A program made the translations under genes and the position numbers. Below the pieces are notes generated by a model. The model was not told the DNA's origin, ran no database searches, and was given only the letters and a program-made list of their open reading frames with translations. 64,000 bases of DNA from an uncultured Desulfobacter sp. (GTDB lineage Bacteria; Desulfobacterota; Desulfobacteria; Desulfobacterales; Desulfobacteraceae), in assembly GCA_963665095.1 (NCBI GenBank), contig OY762069.1, positions 3,520,001 to 3,584,000 of the forward strand, in the 5' to 3' direction. The stretch's first letter is position 1, and every line of letters starts with the position of its first letter. This document shows, one piece after another, positions 7,646 through 17,634 of this stretch.

Positions 7646-9508
7646 TCAACTGCGGCAGACTTTCGGCAAAGGAACGGCCAGGCTTAAATATTTGCCGTTT
7701 TCCTCAAACATCAATTTTTTATCTGTCATCATTTTCAAAAAAGGTGTTACTTTTTCCCGGGTCAATTCCTGAAAATGAAGAAGAATTTTTTCCAGTGACC
7801 GGTGCTGGCCGCAATAGAGATAGACTTCCCTGGAAAGCCCTTCCAGGCGGTGAGTTAAGGGCTCTTTTAAGAGCCGCTTCTGGCGGATAATCATAAACTC
7901 TTTTCCATCCCGATAACTTAGAATCGGCGTATCACCACCGGTTTGATGAATCCGGGTATATGTTTTTTCCCAGTCATGAACTTTTTGTCTCACCGGCCGC
8001 CACAGTTTTTTCTGGTATCCCATGTCACCGCGGTACCTCTGGATCAGAAAGGTCATGCTGCGGTGAATATGTTCCGGAAAAATTTTTGCATAATTGGGAT
8101 GGTTAAAAAGGGCCTTGACCCCAAAGTGCTCTGGATCATTGTATACACAGCTTCCATGGCCCATCCAGAAATGCACCAGTTTGGGAGGACGGAAAACCGC
8201 TGCAAACTCAATGTTTCGGAGGGTTTCATTCATGTCTTCAATATCACTGCCGGGAAAATGAAGTATCAGGTTGGCATTATTGGCAATACCTAAGCCTTCA
8301 CAGTGCTTCATGATTTCCAGATTCTGAATGGCGGTGGTTCCCTTGTTTAATTTTTTCAACAGACGGGAGCTTAAGGATTCGATACCGATCTGTACTTCGC
8401 TGACGCCGGCACAGCTCATTTTTTCCAGTACCCGTTTTGGGGTGGTGGCCCTGAGTTCACAGAAAAGTTTGAGGTCTTTTTTTAATCCGGACAGTTGATC
8501 AAACATCTCCAATGCGGTTTTTACCGGTATGAGGTTGTCCATGAACGTCACGGAAAGTGTGCGATATTTTGAAGTCAGATAATCTATTTCTCTGCTTACC
8601 TGTTCCGGGCCTTTGCACCGGTATCCCTGCCAGTTACGGTTAAGATTGCAAAAAGCACAACCTGAATGTCCTGAGTTGGAAGCCTGCCACCGGCATCCCC
8701 GGGAGGCCTCGGCCGGGAGCGCAGGGAAAAAACTTTTATCCGGCGCTCCTGTTTTCAGTAAATAAAAATAGTCGTCATAATCGGGAGCAGGCAGATTTTT
8801 GAGGTCTGGCATCTGGCCAAAGGTTACCGGGGCTTTACTTCTGCAGGAATGACGCGTAACAAGGCCGGGAATGCGGGAGATAGTATCAGTGTCAGCTGAA
8901 TTGCCAAGATGATGCACAAGGCTGCACAGGGGTCGTTCTCCTTCACCGTTAATGACAAAATCAATTTCCGGGAAAGCCTCAAAAAGGCCCTTAATGGTAT
9001 CTCCGGCAAACATGGAGCCGCCAATGACAATGGGGAGGGTTGGAAAGTTCTTTTTTATGGAACGGATAAAGTACAAAGAGGAGCAGAGCTGGCAAAAGCA
9101 GATTGAAAAGCCTGCCAGGCCCCAGCGATCCCAGTTGATACTGCGGATAAAGTCATCCGCAGTCTCTGCTGCCTGATGTGTGAGGACGTTGAAGTCGGCC
9201 CTGGATGACAGGGGCAGGCCCCTTGCTTCCTTGTGGAACAGCGCCTGGATGCGGTGGAATCGTTCCGGATATAAGAGCGCCGCATAAACGGATTCTGCCA
9301 GCCAGTTTTTTTTAGAAATTTCACGATAAAGGGGATAGCCGATGGCTGTTGCTAATTTCAAATAGAAATGGTGAGCCGCCACCTCAAGATCGGGAATCTC
9401 CCGGTTCAGGTATGCTTTCAGCGCACCAAGCTGAATGGATGGCCGGCTGAAAAGCGGCCAGGGGGCGGATATAAGCGCAATACGTGCTATTTGATTTTTA
9501 GAAATCAT
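7646..9508 (-). CDS. B12-binding radical SAM protein, RiPP-maturation C-methyltransferase type (TIGR03975-like)
   Basis: PWPLFSRPSIQLGALKAYL, GFS...Q, IVIGG, GEGE, PDYDDYF, EASRGC-x11-CAFC, QIGIESLS, KGTTAIQN. Confidence 0.8.
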   Translation of the reverse strand: MISKNQIARIALISAPWPLFSRPSIQLGALKAYLNREIPDLEVAAHHFYLKLATAIGYPLYREISKKNWLAESVYAALLYPERFHRIQALFHKEARGLPLSSRADFNVLTHQAAETADDFIRSINWDRWGLAGFSICFCQLCSSLYFIRSIKKNFPTLPIVIGGSMFAGDTIKGLFEAFPEIDFVINGEGERPLCSLVHHLGNSADTDTISRIPGLVTRHSCRSKAPVTFGQMPDLKNLPAPDYDDYFYLLKTGAPDKSFFPALPAEASRGCRWQASNSGHSGCAFCNLNRNWQGYRCKGPEQVSREIDYLTSKYRTLSVTFMDNLIPVKTALEMFDQLSGLKKDLKLFCELRATTPKRVLEKMSCAGVSEVQIGIESLSSRLLKKLNKGTTAIQNLEIMKHCEGLGIANNANLILHFPGSDIEDMNETLRNIEFAAVFRPPKLVHFWMGHGSCVYNDPEHFGVKALFNHPNYAKIFPEHIHRSMTFLIQRYRGDMGYQKKLWRPVRQKVHDWEKTYTRIHQTGGDTPILSYRDGKEFMIIRQKRLLKEPLTHRLEGLSREVYLYCGQHRSLEKILLHFQELTREKVTPFLKMMTDKKLMFEENGKYLSLAVPLPKVCRS

Positions 9509-9694
9509 CTCAAAAAGGCCTCGAAAGGATTAATTGCACAGAAGGATCATTACCCAAAGGACATTTCCGGCACACCCGCCTGTCGTCAATAGATCTTCAC
9601 GAAGATATCGGACCCCGTAAACCTGATGATTCGGATCCGAAAATATCTACCGTCATAATGATAAACTGACACTTTAAGGAAATTCATACCACCA

Positions 9695-9724
9695 TTGGAA
9701 ATGATTCTCAAAGATTATCATTCA
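9695..9724. promoter_or_regulatory. Possible Fur/PerR-like operator in the divergent intergenic region
   Basis: Imperfect palindrome TTGGAAAT-G-ATTCTCAA followed by AGATTATCATTC. Confidence 0.3.
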
Positions 9725-9923
9725 ATTTAATACATACTCAGGCTGAATCATCATAGTTTAAGTATGCTTGCATCAATCTGAACACCCCGACGCATCTTTC
9801 CTGATGATTTTCAAAAACTGCTTGAAAAAAGCAACCATTCATGAAAGGGAGAAGGTGCAACGCCAAAGCACGGAACATATACAGCAACGTTAACATTTTC
9901 ATGAATCAGAAAGGGAGGAGACG

Positions 9924-11651
9924 ATGTTTACCCTAAGCCTTGACCCGTCATTACTGAACAACTGGAAGCTGCCCCTGATCACTGACTACATCAAAAAATG
10001 GGCACAGATCACCCCTGACAACCCCGCGCTGATTGGTGCAGAAAGCGGCGAATCCTTTTCGTTCCGGGAATTTGATGAAAAGATCACCCTGTATGCCCTG
10101 GGTCTTAAGCAGATGGGAATCGGTAAGGGCGATGTGGTGGCAGTGCAGTGGCTCTCTTTTCCGGAATTTCATTTCCTGACCTATGCCTGTGCAACGGTGG
10201 GCGCGATAATCTCTCCCATGGATATACGGCTCACCGCAAAAGAGATCGTACGGGACATGAACCGGGTTTCCCCCAAAGCATTTTTCTGCCTTGGCAATAC
10301 ACCGCTTAAAGATTTCCGGGAAGTTTCCCGGGCAGCCAGGCAGGGTGTGGCCTCGCTCAACTATATTGTCCAGCATACGCCCGGCACCCCGGTTGAAGCA
10401 TGTGACGAGGAGGTGTACGCCTTCAGGGATCTCTTCTCCCTTGAAAAACTTGAAGCCCTGGCTTTGGACAAAGATCTCACCGGCAGCCTTGAAAAAGAGT
10501 ACCGGGCTTTAGACACCCGCGATCCCCATATCATCATCTTTACCACCGGGACCACAGGGTTGCCTAAACCCGCCTTGATCTGTCATGAAAACACCATTGT
10601 CAACAACGCGGTGTTTGCCCGGGAAGTGGGCCTGTACGGTCCGGCCAACCGGTTCCTCAACTCCATGCCCATCAGTCATGTGGCAGGGACCTGCCAGGGC
10701 CCCATGACCGTGTGGATGACAGGCGGCACCATTGTGACAGTGAACGTGTTTGTGCCCCAGCTGATACTGAAATATTTTGAGACCTATCGTCCCACCTGGT
10801 GGGGCGGGGTGCCCACCATGTTCCAGATGATCTGGAGCCTGCCCGAGTATCAGGAGCAGAAGTATGATCTGTCCAGCCTTCTGTTTGTCCTGTACGGCGG
10901 CAGTGCCGTGGACACTGCCTTTCTAAAAGAGATGCAGAAAATGGCCCCCTCCTTTGGCACAGCCCTTGGCATGACAGAATGTGCCGGCTATTTTACAGCC
11001 ACCCCTAGAAGTATCCCCTTGGAGGAGATGGCAGGACAGGTGGGCCAGATTTTCCCGGAGCTTGCCCCTGTGACCATTCGGAAACCCATGAATGAAGACG
11101 GCACGGCCGGTGAGGCCCTTGATCCCGGCGAAGTGGGCGAAATCTGCGTCCACGGCCCCATCGTATTCCTAGGATATTACGGCGATCCCGAAGCAACCGC
11201 AGCCACGATTTCCAAAGAGGGCATTCTTTACACCGGCGACATGGGCTATTTCCACGATTTCGGTGCCTACCGGGGACTGAAGTTTGCCGGAAGAAGAAAG
11301 TTTGTTATTAAGCCCAAAGGGTATCTGGTGTTTCCCGACGAGGTGACGGACTTTATCACCACCCATCCGGATGTGGCCCAGGCCACAGTGGTGGGCGTGC
11401 CGCATAAAATTAATGTTGACGGGGTATTTGCCTTTGTAAAGGCCAAACCGGGGGCAGCGGTTGACAGCGCAGCCGTACTTGCACACTGCAAGGATCTTGC
11501 AGCGTATAAACGCCCCATCCACGTTGAGATGTGGCCGGAAGACAAGCCCTTTCACGTCAACCGGGTGGGTAAAATTGATGTACCGGGCATGATCAAAGAG
11601 GCTGAAATGGTGGTGGAAACCCTGCGATCCAAAGGCAAGTGGGACGAATAA
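9924..11651 (+). CDS. Acyl-CoA synthetase (AMP-forming, long-chain/aryl type)
   Basis: FTTGTTGLPK, LGMTE, GEICVHGP, YTGDMG, YKRP, GKID; strong RBS GGAGG. Confidence 0.9.
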   Translation: MFTLSLDPSLLNNWKLPLITDYIKKWAQITPDNPALIGAESGESFSFREFDEKITLYALGLKQMGIGKGDVVAVQWLSFPEFHFLTYACATVGAIISPMDIRLTAKEIVRDMNRVSPKAFFCLGNTPLKDFREVSRAARQGVASLNYIVQHTPGTPVEACDEEVYAFRDLFSLEKLEALALDKDLTGSLEKEYRALDTRDPHIIIFTTGTTGLPKPALICHENTIVNNAVFAREVGLYGPANRFLNSMPISHVAGTCQGPMTVWMTGGTIVTVNVFVPQLILKYFETYRPTWWGGVPTMFQMIWSLPEYQEQKYDLSSLLFVLYGGSAVDTAFLKEMQKMAPSFGTALGMTECAGYFTATPRSIPLEEMAGQVGQIFPELAPVTIRKPMNEDGTAGEALDPGEVGEICVHGPIVFLGYYGDPEATAATISKEGILYTGDMGYFHDFGAYRGLKFAGRRKFVIKPKGYLVFPDEVTDFITTHPDVAQATVVGVPHKINVDGVFAFVKAKPGAAVDSAAVLAHCKDLAAYKRPIHVEMWPEDKPFHVNRVGKIDVPGMIKEAEMVVETLRSKGKWDE

Positions 11652-11859
11652 AAACACTCCCTGCGCAGATATAAAAAATATATAACCGGGGCCGATCCTG
11701 CATGCCATGTTTTGGCCCCCGCAAGTTCTGCCCTGCATATGCAGGGAAAAAAGTGATATAATATGGTTCTTTTCAGGGCCAGAACAGGGAACAAGACAGT
11801 TTACCCGTTCTCCTGCCGGTCCTATCCCGGCCATTTTCTTTAATTGACTTCTTTAAAAA

Positions 11860-11889
11860 TTAACACGTGGCCGGATTTTATGCTACAAT
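11860..11889 (+). promoter_or_regulatory. Putative sigma70 promoter of the ercA-like operon
   Basis: TTAACA-N18-TACAAT with extended -10 TG. Confidence 0.4.
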
Positions 11890-11949
11890 TACGAATCCAG
11901 CAGCAAATATATCCTTAAAGATTGTATCACCATATTTTAAAGGAACGGC

Positions 11950-13119
11950 ATGAAAACTGGTTCATTGTTGAATTTAAGAAAATTTCTGGTGCCGGAAATT
12001 GTATACGGCCAGGGAGCAAGACAGTTATGCGGCCGCCATGCATTAAACCTCGGGGCTTCCAGGGTGTGTATCGTCACAGATCCTGGTGTGAAGGCCACCA
12101 GCTGGTATGCGGATGTGGAAATAAGCCTCAGGGATACGGGCCTTCCTTTTGCTGTGTTTGACCAGATCACACCAAACCCCAAGGCATATGAGGTGGCGCA
12201 AGGTGCTCGGTTGTGCAGAGAAGAGCGCTGCGACCTCATTATTGCCATTGGCGGGGGCAGCCCCATGGATTGCGCCAAGGGGATAGGGGTCCTCATGGGC
12301 AATTCAGGGAATATTCTCGATTATGAAGGGGTGGACATGGTACCCAATCCCGGTCCGCCACTGATTTTTATTCCAACAACGGCAGGCAGCTCCGCAGACG
12401 TGTCCCAGTTTGCCATTATCACAGATATGATTCGCAACATTAAAATTGCCATTATCAGTAAAATGGTAATCCCCGATATCGCCCTGATAGATCCTGAAAC
12501 CACTCTGACTATGTCCCCGGAGCTGACCGCAGATACAGGTATGGACACGCTATGCCACGCTTTTGAGGCCTTTGTGTCCACGGCGTCATCGCCTATAACA
12601 GATCTGGCTGCGATATCGGCTGTTGAACTGACCTGGCAATATCTGAAAAAGGCATATGACCAGCCGGATAACCTGGTTTACAGGGAGAAGATGATGACGG
12701 CAAGCCTTATGGCAGGTCTCGCATTTTCCAATGCCAGCCTGGGCCTGGTCCATGCCATGGCCCACAGCCTTGGCGGTGCCATGGATCTGCCCCATGGAGA
12801 GTGCAACGCCATTTTGCTTGAGAAGGTTGTTCGCTTCAATTATGATGCGGTACCGGATCGTTACGACAGGCTGGCTGCCGCCATGGGACTCGATATCTTT
12901 AATATTCTGCCGGGGGAGAGAGGCAATGCCCTTGCCAACCACATTGCCGGACTCAGGACAGGACTGGGCATCACCCAAACGCTTGAGGAACTGGGCGTAA
13001 AACAAACCGACCTCTCCCGGCTGGCCCGGTTTGCGTTCCAGGACCCGTGCCTTTCCACCAATCCCCGCCCGGCAGATGAAACAAATATTGAAAACCTTTA
13101 TGCACAGGCTCTTCATTGA
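11950..13119 (+). CDS. ercA: Iron-containing alcohol dehydrogenase-like regulatory protein (ErcA-type)
   Basis: LRKFLVPEIVYG N-terminus, GGGSPMDCAK, PTTAGSSADVSQF, DTLCHAFE, GLVHAMAH, PHGECN; directly followed by an ErcS-like kinase. Confidence 0.75.
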   Translation: MKTGSLLNLRKFLVPEIVYGQGARQLCGRHALNLGASRVCIVTDPGVKATSWYADVEISLRDTGLPFAVFDQITPNPKAYEVAQGARLCREERCDLIIAIGGGSPMDCAKGIGVLMGNSGNILDYEGVDMVPNPGPPLIFIPTTAGSSADVSQFAIITDMIRNIKIAIISKMVIPDIALIDPETTLTMSPELTADTGMDTLCHAFEAFVSTASSPITDLAAISAVELTWQYLKKAYDQPDNLVYREKMMTASLMAGLAFSNASLGLVHAMAHSLGGAMDLPHGECNAILLEKVVRFNYDAVPDRYDRLAAAMGLDIFNILPGERGNALANHIAGLRTGLGITQTLEELGVKQTDLSRLARFAFQDPCLSTNPRPADETNIENLYAQALH

Positions 13120-13148
13120 GTTGAACAAGGAGGCACCCGGTTCAAAAA

Positions 13149-14801
13149 ATGAACGATTCCCAATCCAGTCAGTTTCATGCATCCGCCAGGGAAAAATTCC
13201 TGGCATTAAGCCTTGAATCCACCCGGAAAAGCTATTATCCCCAGTTACAAAAACAACTTGACAACCTGAAGCGGAACGAAGCCCGGCTGAACCTGCTCAT
13301 TGACAACCTGCCGGCATATATTGCCTATGTAAATGACAAAGAAGAGCTGGTACTGGTCAACCGGAAGTTTGAAAAACTTATGGGCAAAAGCCGGGATGAG
13401 ATGATCGGGCAAAAACTTGCGACCATTACCGGAAAACAAAACTATACCCGGGTCAAGGCCCAAATCACACAGGTTTTATCCGGAGAGACCAGCAGATTTG
13501 AATTTTATCCGGAAACCGGACAAGCCCGGGGACGGTGCCTTGAGGTCAATTTTATACCGGAAATGGAAAATTCCGGGGAAATCAGCGGGTTTTACATTAT
13601 GACCATTGATGTGACTAAAACCAAGGAAGCTGAAAAAGAAAAACTGCGCCTGGAGGCCAGCCTTCACCAGGCCCAGAAAATGGAGGCCATTGGTACGCTT
13701 TCAGGGGGGATTGCCCATGATTTTAACAATATTCTGTCAGGTATATTCGGCTACTCCCAGCTCATTGATCTCCAGATCTCCGATCCGGAGAAAGTGGGCC
13801 GGCATAACCGTAAAATCATTGAAGGTGCCAGGCGGGCCACAGATCTGATCCAGCAGATACTCACCTTCAGCCGGAGAACGGAATTCAATAAACAACCCCT
13901 GCATTTCTCTGTTATTTTAAAAGAGGCATTAAAACTGCTGCGATCCACCATTCCCACCACCATTCAGATTAAGGAGCAGATTGACTCCAGGGCAGTGGTT
14001 ATGGCTGATGCCACCCAGATTCACCAGGTTATCATGAACCTTTGTACCAATGCCTATCATGCCATGACAGATAAAGGCGGGATTTTAACGGTGACACTGA
14101 ATGAAGTGATGCTGACAGAGACACAGACACACAGGCAGGATCAAAGCGGCCCTTTTATCTGCCTTGAAATCCGTGACACCGGTCCCGGCATCGCGCCTGA
14201 AATAAGAAATAAAATATTTGATCCCTATTTCACGACAAAAGACGTAGAAAAGGGGACAGGCCTCGGACTTGCCATTGTTGACGGAATTGTAAAAAAACAT
14301 GAAGGGTTTATTGAACTATTCACGGATCCGGATGAGGGCACCTGTTTCAGTATTTTTTTCCCTGTATACAAGGCCGATGAACAAAAGCGGTACGACTCCG
14401 GAGCACAAGAACTTAAGTCTTTGCCCAAAGGTAAAGGGCGGATTATGCTGGTGGATGATGAGCCCGGGATCAGGGAAACCTTTTCCGGCATTCTTACCTT
14501 TCAGGGATATACGGTCTCAGCATTTGAGGGCGGAGAACCTGCATTTAAGGCGTTTGCCGGAGATCCTGCTGCATATGACCTGGTGATCACGGACATGACC
14601 ATGCCTGAAATGACAGGTCTGCAGCTGGCAAAAGAGCTTCTGGCAATCAGAAAGGAGATTCCCGTTATTATCTGTACAGGATACCACGAAAATTTTTCAA
14701 AGGCTGAGGCATTACAGAACGGCATTGCCCGGTATCTGCAAAAGCCTGTTATTTCATCTGAATTACTGGACAACATCCAGCAGTTGCTGAACAAGGGGTG
14801 A
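13149..14801 (+). CDS. Cytoplasmic hybrid sensor histidine kinase (PAS-HisKA-HATPase-REC), ErcS-like N-terminus
   Basis: LSLESTRKSYYPQL leader, PAS, GGIAHDFNNIL, NLCTNA, DTGPGI, GTGLGL, REC VDDE/TDMTMP; no TM segment seen. Confidence 0.9.
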   Translation: MNDSQSSQFHASAREKFLALSLESTRKSYYPQLQKQLDNLKRNEARLNLLIDNLPAYIAYVNDKEELVLVNRKFEKLMGKSRDEMIGQKLATITGKQNYTRVKAQITQVLSGETSRFEFYPETGQARGRCLEVNFIPEMENSGEISGFYIMTIDVTKTKEAEKEKLRLEASLHQAQKMEAIGTLSGGIAHDFNNILSGIFGYSQLIDLQISDPEKVGRHNRKIIEGARRATDLIQQILTFSRRTEFNKQPLHFSVILKEALKLLRSTIPTTIQIKEQIDSRAVVMADATQIHQVIMNLCTNAYHAMTDKGGILTVTLNEVMLTETQTHRQDQSGPFICLEIRDTGPGIAPEIRNKIFDPYFTTKDVEKGTGLGLAIVDGIVKKHEGFIELFTDPDEGTCFSIFFPVYKADEQKRYDSGAQELKSLPKGKGRIMLVDDEPGIRETFSGILTFQGYTVSAFEGGEPAFKAFAGDPAAYDLVITDMTMPEMTGLQLAKELLAIRKEIPVIICTGYHENFSKAEALQNGIARYLQKPVISSELLDNIQQLLNKG

Positions 14802-14834
14802 CGGCGGAAGAATCGAGAGATTTCAGATTCCCCC

Positions 14835-14993
14835 GTGTTTGGTGTTTGGACGGCTCGACGAGGGGCGTATGCCCACAAAGTTGCCCAGATGCAAGGCGCA
14901 AGCAAAGCTGCAACCGCAAGCGTACTCCAGTACGTGAGGATTGCAGCTTTGTGCAGCAACGCCGCAGGTGGGTGACTTTTCGTTCAAACACTA
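14835..14993 (-). repeat. ~130-160 bp palindromic intergenic repeat (MITE/ERIC-like), copy A
   Basis: Reverse complement reads TAGTGTTTGAACGAAAAGTCACCCACCTGCGGCGTTGC...CGTACTGGAGTACG...GCGCCTTGCATCTGGGCAACTTT...CGTCCAAACAC; homologous to 28598-28726. Confidence 0.85.
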
Positions 14994-16010
14994 GTTCGTC
15001 AAACTTCCCATAAGGCCCAGAGTTCGGATCAGCTGGCTGACATAACTCATTTCATTGTCATACCAGGAGACCACCCTGACCTCATAAATTCGGGTGCCGC
15101 AGCGCTGGGCAAGGGTCTGGGTGGAGTCAAAAAGAGACCCGTAGCTCATGCCGATGGTATCGCTTGAAACCAGCTCTTCGTCGGAATAGCCAAAGGATTC
15201 GTCCGAGGCAGCCTTCATGGCTTCATTGATCCCTTCCACAGATACGGTTTCAGTATCATCCTTCAAGGTGGCATCCAGAATGGTGATGGAGCCGGAAGGA
15301 ACCGGCACGCGCTGCGCAGACCCGATGAGCTTTCCGTCGAGTTCGGGAATAACAAGGCCGATGGCCTTGGCCGCACCGGTTGAATTGGGCACGATGTTAA
15401 CGGCACCGGCCCTTGCACGGCGAAAATCACCCTTACGATGCGGACCGTCAAGGATCATTTGATCCCCGGTATAGGCATGAATGGTGGTCATGAAGCCGGT
15501 TCTTAGCTCACGATACTCATTTAACGCCTTTGCCATGGGCGCAAGGCAGTTGGTGGTGCAGGAGGCTCCGGAGACAATGAGATCGTCGCTGGTCAGGTTC
15601 TGATGATTCACACCGTACACAATGGTGGGAAGATCATTACCGGCCGGCGCTGAAATAAGGACCTTTTTGGCACCCGCATCAATATGCGCCTGGCTTTTGG
15701 CCTTTGAACAGAAAAATCCCGTGCACTCCAGAACAATGTCCACCCCGATGGTTCCCCAGGGAAGATTTTTGGGGTCCGGGTCTTTATAAACCGGAACTTT
15801 TTTGCCATCGATGATCAAAGCATTCTCATCACATTCCACGGTGTGCCCTGAGTAACGCCCCTGCACACTGTCATACTTCAGAAGATGGGCAAGCATTTTG
15901 GGATCTGTCAGATCGTTAATTGCCACAATGTCATAACGATCGTCTCCAAAAATTTTTCGGAATGTAAGCCGTCCTATCCTTCCGAAACCATTAATCGCAA
16001 CTTTAAGCAT
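14991..16010 (-). CDS. gap: Glyceraldehyde-3-phosphate dehydrogenase, type I
   Basis: [45 protein letters not shown] before ATG 16010. Confidence 0.97.
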   Translation of the reverse strand: MLKVAINGFGRIGRLTFRKIFGDDRYDIVAINDLTDPKMLAHLLKYDSVQGRYSGHTVECDENALIIDGKKVPVYKDPDPKNLPWGTIGVDIVLECTGFFCSKAKSQAHIDAGAKKVLISAPAGNDLPTIVYGVNHQNLTSDDLIVSGASCTTNCLAPMAKALNEYRELRTGFMTTIHAYTGDQMILDGPHRKGDFRRARAGAVNIVPNSTGAAKAIGLVIPELDGKLIGSAQRVPVPSGSITILDATLKDDTETVSVEGINEAMKAASDESFGYSDEELVSSDTIGMSYGSLFDSTQTLAQRCGTRIYEVRVVSWYDNEMSYVSQLIRTLGLMGSLTN

Positions 16011-16335
16011 GATACTTCCTCCCAAATTTATAGTTAGGTGAGATGATCAGGGGTGATAGGGACGGATAAGATAATAGAAAAACGCTTTTTCAAAAATGGT
16101 GTGACAGGATAGGTGGCAGATTCGCGAATCCGTTGTCTACCTTCTTTGATCTAAATAACCAGACTAAAGGCAAGCTCACCCCCTTTCCAACGTCCATTGC
16201 CTTATGCCCGGTTACGCGTTATGAAAACCGGTAAGAAAAATGTTGGCACAAACCCCTTGAATAATCAAGAGAAAATGTTTTCCAAACAATCTTTAATTGA
16301 GATCCGTGATCCGTTCTGGTATAGGAAGTTTCATC

Positions 16336-17634
16336 ATGGCATATATTAATAAACAGATGCTCACGGCTGTGGTGGCGGATGAGGACGGAAATATCTTTGA
16401 GCTGGACGGGTATGCGGCAGCCGGCATGTCCGGGGACGATTTATACATTCTGACCAGATCCGGCACCTGCCCCATGCCCCACGGCAGCGAGCTGATGATG
16501 CTGCCCCACCGTACCCCTGTTGTATTCAACCTGATCACCGATAAATTTGAATCCATTGCAACCAACCCGTATCAGCCGGGCCAGCGCATTTTACCGGTGG
16601 GCGTGTTCAACTCCCCGGGGTATGTGAACCAGCACTTCTGCGCTTATGATGATGATGGCATTCATACACCCTTGCCGCTTTTTTCATACGGGGCAGTGGG
16701 GTTCGGAAAAAATGACTTCAGGTCAGCCGCGTTGCAGGTGGATGATGAACCCCGCCAGGATCTGCGGCTGATGCCTATCGCCGGGGTTCAGAAAGGGGTG
16801 GATAAGTTCAGGAAAAAATATCCGGATAACCGTCTCATGCGCCACCTTGAGACCTGCGCCCTGGTATATGGGTGTCCGGCCGGAAAAAATTTTTTCCTGG
16901 GCCGGTTTGAAGCCCCGCTTCCCACCTCTGTGGTGTGCAATGCCCGTTGTCTTGGGTGCATCTCCCTGCAGACAGACAACAATCTTTGTGCCTGCCAGGA
17001 CCGGATCAGTTTCATCCCCTCACCTGAAGAAATTGCAGGCGTTGCTCTGGAACACATTCTAAAAGTAGACAAGGCTGTGGTCAGCTTTGGCCAGGGATGT
17101 GAAGGCGAGCCCTTAACCTCGGGACAGGCCCTTGAGCAGGCCATTATTCTAATCAGGAAAAAAACGGATCAGGGCACCATCAATCTCAACTCCAACGCCA
17201 GCCTGCCGGATTGGGTGGAGCGGCTGTGCAGGGCAGGCCTTGACAGTATGCGGGTCAGCATGAACTCTGTGCGGAAAACCTGTTACACTGCCTATTTCAG
17301 ACCCAAATCCTATAAATTTGAAGATGTGGTGGAAAGCATCAGACGGGCCAAAGACCATGGCCGGTTTGTGGCCGTCAACTACCTGAACTGCCCGGGATTT
17401 ACCGACTCAGTCAGAGAAAAAGAGGCCCTGTTTGAGTTTATCCGGAAAACCGGCACGAACATGATCCAGTGGCGCAACCTCAACTTTGACCCCCGAAGCT
17501 ATTGCCGGATCATGGAAGATGCGGAACCAGGGGGTGGCCCAACAGGCATGGCGACCCTGATTCAGGACCTGAGCAAAGAATTTCCCCGCCTCATCCACGG
17601 CTACTTTAACCCACCCAAAAAAAACCATAAATAA
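16336..17634 (+). CDS. Radical SAM protein of unknown function
   Basis: CNARCLGC (CxxxCxxC), SFGQGCEGEP, MRVSMNS, MIQWRNLNFDP, GYFNP. Confidence 0.85.
   Translation: MAYINKQMLTAVVADEDGNIFELDGYAAAGMSGDDLYILTRSGTCPMPHGSELMMLPHRTPVVFNLITDKFESIATNPYQPGQRILPVGVFNSPGYVNQHFCAYDDDGIHTPLPLFSYGAVGFGKNDFRSAALQVDDEPRQDLRLMPIAGVQKGVDKFRKKYPDNRLMRHLETCALVYGCPAGKNFFLGRFEAPLPTSVVCNARCLGCISLQTDNNLCACQDRISFIPSPEEIAGVALEHILKVDKAVVSFGQGCEGEPLTSGQALEQAIILIRKKTDQGTINLNSNASLPDWVERLCRAGLDSMRVSMNSVRKTCYTAYFRPKSYKFEDVVESIRRAKDHGRFVAVNYLNCPGFTDSVREKEALFEFIRKTGTNMIQWRNLNFDPRSYCRIMEDAEPGGGPTGMATLIQDLSKEFPRLIHGYFNPPKKNHK

Noticed and set aside
11868..11884. Sigma54 promoter TGGC...TGCT upstream of the ercA-like gene
   Set aside because: GG to GC spacing is 11 nt rather than the required 10.
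14749..15013. Short ORFs of 71-80 aa between the kinase and gap
   Set aside because: They are translations of the palindromic repeat element.
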